NCBI GenBank assembly: GCA_033763905.1
Contig: JANRJP010000009.1
Span: forward strand, 31,901-95,900
DNA length: 64,000 nt
Direction of reading: 5' to 3'
DNA from: Gemmatimonadaceae bacterium
GTDB lineage: Bacteria > Gemmatimonadota > Gemmatimonadetes > Gemmatimonadales > Gemmatimonadaceae
Numbering within the stretch: the first letter of the stretch is position 1; each line of letters opens with the position of its first letter. Shown here piece after piece: positions 29,695-37,500 of the stretch. The notes beneath the pieces are model-generated. The model saw only the letters and a list, made by a program, of their open reading frames with translations. It searched no databases and was not told the origin of the DNA. A program made the translations under genes and the position numbers.

Positions 29695-30675
29695 TTAATC
29701 AGTTCTTGACGCGGGTTCCGTCCAGGCGGCGCGTCCCCACAGCGCCGGGAAGTGCTGCGCCATCTGGGCGCCGAACAGTGGCTTGTACGTCCCGTTGTGG
29801 CAGGTCACGCACTGCAGCTTGGGCGCGTCGCCCATCGGCCCCAGGCGGTTGACGGGAAAGGTGGATTGCAGAGGGGACAGGAAATTCGAGTTCAGGTCGC
29901 GCAGCATCAGAATGCCGGCGTAGGCCGTGACACGTGCTGGTGGCGCCTGCGTCCAGCTCGAGAACTGTCGAGTGTTGTGGCAGTACGTGCAGTTGACCCC
30001 AAGCGACTGGGACTGGCTGATCATCAGCGCGTACGTCCATTCGGCGTGCTTGACGCTACTGCGGTTGCCGTTGCCTGGCGTGATCTCCTGCGAGATGACC
30101 CGCGCGCCATCGCGATCCAGATAGTGCCGCAGGTAGTCGTCGGCCGAGCCGTAGAACCAGAGGCCGTTCGGCAGCGCCTTGCCCAGATGACAGGTGTAGC
30201 AGGTCACGCCGGTCTGTTTGACGTGCCCGCGATGGGTGGTGTTGATCTGACGCGTCATCTGGATCATTCGTCGCGCCACCAGCTTCCGGTACAGCGGTTT
30301 GCCATCCGGTGTGGTATCAGACCACGGCTCGTTGACGTTGTGGCAGAACGCGCACTGCTCCGGCCCGCCGCCAACCCACGTGGCCATTGACTCCATCGTC
30401 CGCAGAAACTCGGGGACGCCGATGTCGGTCAGCACCTGCACGTTCTGCCACGGCAAATCGCCCGGGGGGGACGGCTCAGCGGGCGGGGGGATCGGTGGGA
30501 TGCTGGTGGCCTCGAACTTCCGCATCAGCGGCCCGTGCTGGTAGTTCTGCTCCATCGCGGTCCCGCGATACCCGCGCTGGACCGTATCGATGGCGGCATC
30601 GCCGATGCAACCCAGTGTAGCGAGCACGAGTACGCCCAGGGCGGGCAACAGAAGCGCAGTCGGGCGACGTGGCAC
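29695..30675 (-). CDS. pufC: Photosynthetic reaction-centre tetraheme cytochrome c subunit (lipoprotein)
   Basis: Lipobox 'TLGC', then 'VQRGYRGTAMEQ' and 'WQNVQVL'. Four CxxCH motifs (CAFCH, CYTCH, CTYCH, CVTCH). Distal-ligand contexts 'FLRTM', 'ARRMIQM', 'GHVKQTGVTC' and 'TYALM' as in Blastochloris PufC. GTG start at 30675 is inferred. Confidence 0.93.
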   Translation of the reverse strand: MPRRPTALLLPALGVLVLATLGCIGDAAIDTVQRGYRGTAMEQNYQHGPLMRKFEATSIPPIPPPAEPSPPGDLPWQNVQVLTDIGVPEFLRTMESMATWVGGGPEQCAFCHNVNEPWSDTTPDGKPLYRKLVARRMIQMTRQINTTHRGHVKQTGVTCYTCHLGKALPNGLWFYGSADDYLRHYLDRDGARVISQEITPGNGNRSSVKHAEWTYALMISQSQSLGVNCTYCHNTRQFSSWTQAPPARVTAYAGILMLRDLNSNFLSPLQSTFPVNRLGPMGDAPKLQCVTCHNGTYKPLFGAQMAQHFPALWGRAAWTEPASRTD

Positions 30676-30752
30676 GGTCTCGAGGTCTGGAGGACAAGTC
30701 TCGGCTGTCGCGAACGTGCCGCCGGCTGACGGTGGCCGCAATGTCGAACGCG

Positions 30753-30771
30753 GGTTAAATCAGCATTAACC
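30753..30771. promoter_or_regulatory. Palindromic putative regulator site GGTTAA-N7-TTAACC between divergent pufC and DUF885 genes
   Basis: The sequence GGTTAA ATCAGCA TTAACC is an AT-rich island in ~70% GC DNA. Confidence 0.55.
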
Positions 30772-30800
30772 AAACGCCTTCGCCCTCTCCCGGACGAGCT

Positions 30801-32732
30801 ATGCACCGATACGCCGCTTCCGCTCTCGCGCCGCTACTTCTGGCGCCGCTGCTTCTGGCCGCGCAGCCAGCCGGGGTGCGTCCCACGTCGCGCCAGCAGT
30901 TCCCACAGGACCCTGCAGCGGGGGTTCCGGCGCTCGCGCCAATAGCCACCGGGACGCGCAGCGAACTTGCCGACGTGGTCACGCGATTCGCCGCGGACCA
31001 GCAGGCCTTGCAGCGACGCTACGACGCGCCAGAGTCTGCGGTGCAGCGCACCCGGATGCGCGCGTTCTACGCCTCGTGGCGGCAGCGGCTTGGCGAACTC
31101 GACTTCGCGTCGCTGTCGACCGAAGGCAAGGTCGACTACGTCCTGCTCGACAACCACGTGCGGTATCAGCTGGACGTGATGGATCGCGCCGCTCGCCAGC
31201 GCGATGAGACCGCCCCACTCCTCCCGTTTGCGGCGCGGCTGCTGGCACTACAGGACGTGCGTCGCGATCTGGTGACGATCAACGCGCAGCAGGCCGCGCG
31301 TACGGTGGCGCAGGTGACCCGCGAAGTGGATAGTCTGCGCGCCCTGTACGAGGCACCGCCCGCGCGCGTCGCCGGTGACTCGGCGAACGCACGGAGCCAG
31401 CGACCGACGCCGCCCAAGGTTTCGCGCACGGTGGGCAATCGCGCCGCTGACGAAGTCGATCAGGTGCGCAGCACGGTCGGGCAGTGGTTCCGCTATTACA
31501 ACGGCTACGACCCACTGTTCTCGTGGTGGGTGAGCAATCCGTATCAGCGGCTCGACGAATCACTGCGCCGCTACGCGCAGACGATTCGGCAGCGCGTCGT
31601 TGGCATCACGCCGGCGCCAGCCGTGGCCGCCGGCGGCGCGGCGGGGCCCGCTGCGCAGGCCCCGCGCAATGCGGCGGCCGCCAACGAACCGATCATCGGC
31701 GACCCGATTGGTGCCGAAGGGCTGGCGATGGACCTCAAGCACGCGATGATCCCGTACACCGCCGATGAACTGATCGCGATCGCCGAGCGGGAGTATGCGT
31801 TCAGTCTCGCCGAAGCAAAGAAGGCCGCGAAGGAACTGGGTTTCGGGGACGACTGGAAGGCGGCGATGGAGCAGGTAAAGAACCGCTACGTCGAGCCGGG
31901 CAAGCAGCCGGATCTCATTCGTGATCTCGCGAACGAGGCCGACACCTTCTTCGCGCAGCACGACTGGGTGACGATTCCGCCGCTTGCGCGCGAAGACTGG
32001 CGGATGGAGATGCTCTCTCCCGAACGGCAGCGCGTGAGTCCGTTCTTCCTGGGGGGCGAGAGCATTCTGGTGTCGTATCCCACGGCGGAGATGACCGACG
32101 AAGAAAAGGCGATGAGCCTGCGGGGGAACAATCCGCACTTCTCGCGGGCGGTGGTGTTCCACGAACTTAATCCCGGCCATCATCTGCAAGGCTGGATGGC
32201 GGCGCGGTACCAGTCGCATCGCCGCGTGTTCTCGACGCCGTTCTGGAACGAGGGCCAGTCACTCTATTGGGAGATGTTCCTCTGGGATCGCGATTTCCAC
32301 GTGACGCCGGAAGACCGTCTGGGCGCGCTGGCGTGGCGGATGCATCGCAGTGCACGCATCGTGTTCTCGCTGAGTTTTCACTTGGGGAAGATGACCCCCG
32401 AGCAGTGCATCGAGTATCTCGTCGACAAGGTGCCTTTCGAGCGCGCCAATTCCGAAGCCGAAGTGCGTCGGTCGTTCAATGGCAGCTATCCGCCGATCTA
32501 TCAGGCAGCGTATATGCTGGGCGGGTTGCAGTTGCGCGCGCTGTATCGCGAGCTGGTGATGTCGAAGCGGATGACCGATCGTCAGTTCCACGACGCCATT
32601 CTGCAGGGCGGCCCGATGCCGATCGCGATGGTCCGCGCGCGGCTCGCGAAGCTGCCGTTGACGCGTGACGGTGCGGCGCCGTGGCGCTTCGCCGAGCAGT
32701 TGCCGCCGCCGCGGTTGTTTCCGGGGCGGTAG
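30801..32732 (+). CDS. DUF885 family secreted protein (putative metallopeptidase)
   Basis: Signal peptide; 'FHELNPGHHLQ', 'WNEGQSLYWE' and 'QAAYMLGGLQL'. Confidence 0.85.
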   Translation: MHRYAASALAPLLLAPLLLAAQPAGVRPTSRQQFPQDPAAGVPALAPIATGTRSELADVVTRFAADQQALQRRYDAPESAVQRTRMRAFYASWRQRLGELDFASLSTEGKVDYVLLDNHVRYQLDVMDRAARQRDETAPLLPFAARLLALQDVRRDLVTINAQQAARTVAQVTREVDSLRALYEAPPARVAGDSANARSQRPTPPKVSRTVGNRAADEVDQVRSTVGQWFRYYNGYDPLFSWWVSNPYQRLDESLRRYAQTIRQRVVGITPAPAVAAGGAAGPAAQAPRNAAAANEPIIGDPIGAEGLAMDLKHAMIPYTADELIAIAEREYAFSLAEAKKAAKELGFGDDWKAAMEQVKNRYVEPGKQPDLIRDLANEADTFFAQHDWVTIPPLAREDWRMEMLSPERQRVSPFFLGGESILVSYPTAEMTDEEKAMSLRGNNPHFSRAVVFHELNPGHHLQGWMAARYQSHRRVFSTPFWNEGQSLYWEMFLWDRDFHVTPEDRLGALAWRMHRSARIVFSLSFHLGKMTPEQCIEYLVDKVPFERANSEAEVRRSFNGSYPPIYQAAYMLGGLQLRALYRELVMSKRMTDRQFHDAILQGGPMPIAMVRARLAKLPLTRDGAAPWRFAEQLPPPRLFPGR

Positions 32733-32749
32733 CCGAGTAGCTTGCGGGC

Positions 32750-35218
32750 ATGCGCGCGTTGCGTCGTGTTGGTCTCGCTGGTCTCCGTCGTGTCCGTGTC
32801 GTCAGCTGCGTCGTCATCGCGCTCGTCGGTTCGGGCGCGTTCGCGACCTCACAGGGGCAGGACGCGCCGAAAGGCGTGACGGTCTCTGGTCGAGTGCAGG
32901 AGGAGCAGACCAATCGCGCGATTCCCTACTCGCTCATTCGTCTGCTTCGCGAGCGCGACAGCAGTATGGTCGCGGGTCGTTTGACGGACTCGGCGGGCGT
33001 GTTCGTCTTCGGCGGCGTACCGAAAGGCGCATATCTCGTGGAGGTACGCCGGATCGGCTACGTGCCGCTCCGGCAGCGCGTGTTCGTCGGCGAACTCAGC
33101 GCATTCCTGGATGTCGGGGTGCTCACGCTGGCGCTTTCGTCGCCGCTGCTGATCAAAGACGTGGTGGTATCGGCTGCCCAGGATGAAGTGTCGTCGACGA
33201 TGGACCGCAAGACGTATCGCGTCGCCGACAATGTCGCGCAGACTGGCGGGTCGGTCGTTCAGGCGATGACGGCGCTCCCCGGCGTCACGGTGACGCAGGA
33301 TGGCACACTGCAACTGCGGGGGAGCGACAAGGTCGCGGTGCTGATCGATGGCAAGCAGACGGCGCTCACCGGCGCGGCGTCGCAGCGCGGACTCGAGAAC
33401 CTGCCCGCCTCGGCGATCGAGCGCATCGAGATCATCACGAATCCCGGGGCGAAGTACGACGCCAATGCGAGCGCCGGCATCATCAACTTGGTGCTGAAGG
33501 AGACTCCGCAGCGCGGACTCACCGGCCGTGTCGGCCTGACGGCGGGCGCTGGCGCACTCTGGGAGAAGCGCGAGAACCTGCCGGGCCTTCGCCCGCAGTT
33601 CCGGAACACGCCGAAGGTCAATCCGTCGTTTGCGGTCAATCATCGCGCGGGGGCAACTAACGCCTTCCTTCGCGGCGACTGGCTCCACGCGCCGACGCTC
33701 AACAAGAACGAGTTTGCGACGCGGACCTACGATGATGGCACGGTGATTCTACAACAGGTCAAGCGGAACCGGCGGACCGACTATGCAACCCTGAATGCCG
33801 GCGTTGACCACGCGTTCGACGCGCGCCATTCGATCAGCATCTCGGCCCTCGGAAACCGCGAGAAGATCCTCGACGATGGCGATAACCCGTACTTCGACGG
33901 CAGCCTCGCCAATCGCTATCGGCTGTGGCAGTTCCTTGAGGACGAAGTCAAATACACGGCGTTCGCGTCTGCCGTGTATGCCCGGCGGTTCCGGCAACCC
34001 GGTCACACCTTCACGCTCACCAGCAACTACTCGTTCCATCGCGAGGACGAACAGTACTTCTTCACCAACACCCGTCCGACATTCGTCGGGCAGGACGCGT
34101 TCAAGCTGCTGTCCGATGAACACATCTGGGATCTCAATGCCGACTACGTGCGGCCGTTGCGCCACGGGCGGATCGAATTCGGCGTCAAGGGGCGCTATCG
34201 CTCGATTCCCGTGAACATGCAGTTCTTCCCGGGCGTGCAATCGCCGATCGATACTGGTGCCGGCGGCTGGGCGACCTACCGCGAGCAGATCCCGGCGCTG
34301 TACACCACCTACGTGTACGAGGGACGCTCGCTCGAGGTCGAAGGCGGTCTGCGGGTCGAGTCGGTCCGGGTGGCGTACGATGTGAATCCCGATCACAACA
34401 CCTATCGCAGCGACCGCTACCAGTATCTGCAGCCGTTCCCGACCGCGCGGGTCGCGTGGAAACTCAGCGACGACCACAAGCTGTCGATCTTCGTGAGCCG
34501 TCGCGTGGATCGGCCGAACGAAGTGGACATCCGCATTTTTCCCAAGTACGACGAGCCGGAACTGATCAAGGTTGGCAATCCCGGCTTGCGTCCACAGTTC
34601 ACGACATCAGTGGACGTCGGGTATCGCGCGGCGTGGTCATCGGGCAGCCTGTACGCCGCCGGCTATCGCCGCGTCGTCGACGCAACCATCACGCGCATCG
34701 CGACGCAGGCGCCGGGGAGTGTGCTGCTCTACAATGTCTTCCAGAATGCGGGACGCAGCTGGACGTCCGGTACCGAGCTGGTGTGGCAGCAGACGGTGCG
34801 CCGTGACGCCTCGGTCAGCGTCAACGCCACGGCATACCGGAACACCATCGGCGCATTTCGTGTGATCAACCGCTATCCGGTCCCGGTGGCGTACGCGGCG
34901 GAGGAGGCCTCGATGCTGTCCGGCAACGTGAAGCTCAACGCGACGCTCCGCCTGCCGGGCGAACTCGAGACGCGCGTCAGCAGCATCTATCTCGCCCCGG
35001 ATCTGCTACCGCAGGGACGGATCGGCAGCCGAACCTCGCTCGACCTCGGCCTTCGCCGGAGCGTGCAGCGTGGCCGCGCCGAGATCACGATCAACGCCAC
35101 CGATCTGCTCAACACGATGCAGATCCGGCGCAGCATTCGCGGCACCGATTTTCGCGTCGAGAGCACCGACTATCTCGAGACGCAGGTGGTGCGGGCGGGA
35201 TACACCTGGAAGTTCTGA
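32750..35218 (+). CDS. TonB-dependent outer-membrane receptor with N-terminal carboxypeptidase-regulatory-like domain
   Basis: Plug 'LPASAIERIEIITNPGAKYDA...GIINLVLK', 'GNPGLRPQF' and a C-terminal Phe ('YTWKF'). Confidence 0.9.
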   Translation: MRALRRVGLAGLRRVRVVSCVVIALVGSGAFATSQGQDAPKGVTVSGRVQEEQTNRAIPYSLIRLLRERDSSMVAGRLTDSAGVFVFGGVPKGAYLVEVRRIGYVPLRQRVFVGELSAFLDVGVLTLALSSPLLIKDVVVSAAQDEVSSTMDRKTYRVADNVAQTGGSVVQAMTALPGVTVTQDGTLQLRGSDKVAVLIDGKQTALTGAASQRGLENLPASAIERIEIITNPGAKYDANASAGIINLVLKETPQRGLTGRVGLTAGAGALWEKRENLPGLRPQFRNTPKVNPSFAVNHRAGATNAFLRGDWLHAPTLNKNEFATRTYDDGTVILQQVKRNRRTDYATLNAGVDHAFDARHSISISALGNREKILDDGDNPYFDGSLANRYRLWQFLEDEVKYTAFASAVYARRFRQPGHTFTLTSNYSFHREDEQYFFTNTRPTFVGQDAFKLLSDEHIWDLNADYVRPLRHGRIEFGVKGRYRSIPVNMQFFPGVQSPIDTGAGGWATYREQIPALYTTYVYEGRSLEVEGGLRVESVRVAYDVNPDHNTYRSDRYQYLQPFPTARVAWKLSDDHKLSIFVSRRVDRPNEVDIRIFPKYDEPELIKVGNPGLRPQFTTSVDVGYRAAWSSGSLYAAGYRRVVDATITRIATQAPGSVLLYNVFQNAGRSWTSGTELVWQQTVRRDASVSVNATAYRNTIGAFRVINRYPVPVAYAAEEASMLSGNVKLNATLRLPGELETRVSSIYLAPDLLPQGRIGSRTSLDLGLRRSVQRGRAEITINATDLLNTMQIRRSIRGTDFRVESTDYLETQVVRAGYTWKF

Positions 35219-35227
35219 TCGGGCGGA

Positions 35228-36361
35228 TCAGCGAGGCGGCTCGGGGCATCGCTCGGCGTCGGGCGCCCCATAGCTCACGCGCGCGACGCGCGCGGGCACT
35301 CCGGGTCCGTCGAGGCGAACGACCGTCATTGTCGCGAACTGCGCGTCGCAGAGATCGGGTCGGACCGGGCCGCCTAGCGCCGCGACGATCGGCGAGACGG
35401 TGTTGCTGTGGCCAACCACCAGCACGACCGCGTCGGGGCCGGCGGCGCGCACCGCCGCCGCGACGGCGGCCGCGTGCTTGGCGACATCGGGCTGATTCGC
35501 AATGACGATGGGCGTGAGCCCGTGCCGAGCGGCGGCTGGCGCGCCGGTGTTGGCAGTACGCTTGAACTCGGTGACGATCACGTGCGTGAGCCGCGCGTCG
35601 GCCAACGTGCTGTCGAGGGCCTGCGCACGCGCACGGCCGACGGCCGAGAGGTCGCTGTCGCGCTCGCGACTTTCGCGTTCCGCGTGACGGACCACGAAGA
35701 CCGTTTGCGAACGCGGCGCGGACGGGGCTGCGTTCCGCGGCGGCGCGAGCTGTCGCAGCACATCGAACGCGGCGATGTGCAGGTTGACGCCGGCGCCCGC
35801 GCGCCAGCCGGTGGCACCATCGGTCCCGCCGACTTGCTCGCGCGAGAGCTGGGCGACCACCGTTCCGTTGACCGAGAACGTGACGGCGGAATCCACGCGC
35901 ACGACGAGCGCATTGAGGGCGGGCTCCTCACCCACGGCGGCTTTCACCGCGGGATGTGGGGTCCAAGGGCGCAGCGTCGACAGGGCTCCGCCGCGCCGTT
36001 GCAGCACGGCGAACGCGCCGTCACGCCGAATGGCGAAGGCCGTCCACGAGGCCTTGGGTGTGCCGAGCGCCTGCCCGCCGATCATCACGGCGACTTCCTG
36101 TTCGCTCGAGTTGGGGAAGACGAACACCTCACCCCGTGCCTCGAAGCGCGCATCGCCCGGCACGCGTGGATCCCACAGCACGGCGCCCGGACCCATCGTC
36201 ACGTGGAAGCCGGGCGGCATCTTCACGAAGACGGGGGCGCTGCTGGGCTTGGTGTCGTACGCGATGCGCCAGTGCGGGGGCGGTGCTGTCTCTTGGGCTG
36301 CAACGGCGCACGGGGCGACGGCAGATGCGAGGCAGGCGGCGAGACGAAGGATGCGGTGCAT
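35228..36361 (-). CDS. Secreted histidine-phosphatase (SixA/PGM-like) domain fused to an N-terminal beta-sandwich domain
   Basis: Signal peptide; C-terminal 'VFVVRHAE...LSAVGRARA...KRTANT...LVVGHSNT'. Confidence 0.78.
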   Translation of the reverse strand: MHRILRLAACLASAVAPCAVAAQETAPPPHWRIAYDTKPSSAPVFVKMPPGFHVTMGPGAVLWDPRVPGDARFEARGEVFVFPNSSEQEVAVMIGGQALGTPKASWTAFAIRRDGAFAVLQRRGGALSTLRPWTPHPAVKAAVGEEPALNALVVRVDSAVTFSVNGTVVAQLSREQVGGTDGATGWRAGAGVNLHIAAFDVLRQLAPPRNAAPSAPRSQTVFVVRHAERESRERDSDLSAVGRARAQALDSTLADARLTHVIVTEFKRTANTGAPAAARHGLTPIVIANQPDVAKHAAAVAAAVRAAGPDAVVLVVGHSNTVSPIVAALGGPVRPDLCDAQFATMTVVRLDGPGVPARVARVSYGAPDAERCPEPPR

Positions 36362-36491
36362 AGGTCGATACGGCTGGGGGAATCGAAAACGAGCACCGGT
36401 CGACCGTCGCGCACAAGGGGTGCGACGGAGGATGGAACTTTCCGCGCCCAGCGGCATCTAGCAACACAGCCGGTCCTCTCTCGCCGCTTCG

Positions 36492-37496
36492 ATGATCCCT
36501 CGAGACGCTGGGCGCGCAGTCGCGCTGCTCCCATTCTGCAGTGCGGCCCTTGCCGTGGTTTGCTGCGGAACGTCCGCCGTGGCTCAAGTGCAGGTACGAG
36601 ATAGCCTCGGCGCTCCGGTTCCATTCGCCATTCTCGAGTCGGCGAGCGGCAAGCGGCTTGTCGCCGGCGCTGATGGCCTCGCCAGAGCTGCCGCGCTGGC
36701 CGACGGCCCGTGGTCCGCGCGTCGCATCGGCTACCGCCCCGGTGCTGATGACGACCGGGATGGGCTCATCGTGCTCGGCCGTTCGCCGCTGGCCCTGCCA
36801 ACGCAGTATGTGGCAGCCTCGGGGTCCTGTACGCGGGACCTGGTGGCCGCACGGAGCCCCGAGCCGGTACTGGACGCGGTGCGCGCGGTCTTGCTTGAGG
36901 GGAGCCTGCGCCGCGAGATCGCGGGGGCGCGGGTCAGTCGTCTGGGCTATCGGACGACCACGCGCCTCATCACGGAGCAGGGGGACTCCCTGGACGGCGG
37001 GACGCACGTGGAGACACATCCGACGAGGCGACCGGGCGAATCCTACGTGCCCGGCCGCGCGATCGAAGGCCGCAAGGCGTCGTTCGTCGTGAACCGACCC
37101 GGTTTGCGCGACGTGTTGTCGCCGACCTTTCTCGACGCGCACTGTCTGGCGGTGGCGTCGGGTGAGGATGAGACCCGCGCCGTCATTCGTTTTGTGCCGA
37201 TCGATGGTGCCAAGGGATCGCACGTGCTCGGCACGTTCGTCGTCGACCGCGCGACCGGGCGGATTCTCGAGGATACGCTGCGGTACGTCGGCGCACCGCG
37301 CGGCTTGCCGCAGCAAGCGGTGGATGTGGCCGTGTACCTCACGGATGCTGCCGATCCCTTCGCCGGGATGGTGCCTTCACGTCTCGTCAACACCTTCGAG
37401 CCGCACGAGATGTTTGTCCAACTGCCCGCCGGCCGCCGCCGCATCGTGCGCATCGAGCGTGTGCTGGCGCGCGAGCCCTCGGCGGATCAGCCGTAG
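36492..37496 (+). CDS. Hypothetical exported protein (carboxypeptidase-regulatory-like N-terminus)
   Basis: Signal-like N-terminus; 'VRDSLGAPVPFA...ARRIGYRP'; 'SPTFLDAHC'. Confidence 0.6.
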   Translation: MIPRDAGRAVALLPFCSAALAVVCCGTSAVAQVQVRDSLGAPVPFAILESASGKRLVAGADGLARAAALADGPWSARRIGYRPGADDDRDGLIVLGRSPLALPTQYVAASGSCTRDLVAARSPEPVLDAVRAVLLEGSLRREIAGARVSRLGYRTTTRLITEQGDSLDGGTHVETHPTRRPGESYVPGRAIEGRKASFVVNRPGLRDVLSPTFLDAHCLAVASGEDETRAVIRFVPIDGAKGSHVLGTFVVDRATGRILEDTLRYVGAPRGLPQQAVDVAVYLTDAADPFAGMVPSRLVNTFEPHEMFVQLPAGRRRIVRIERVLAREPSADQP

Positions 37497-37500
37497 CGCC

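Noticed and set aside
29695..30675. Calling a photosynthesis gene cluster in this window
   Set aside because: Only pufC is present, with no pufLM, puh, bch or crt core genes, so phototrophy is inferred rather than shown.
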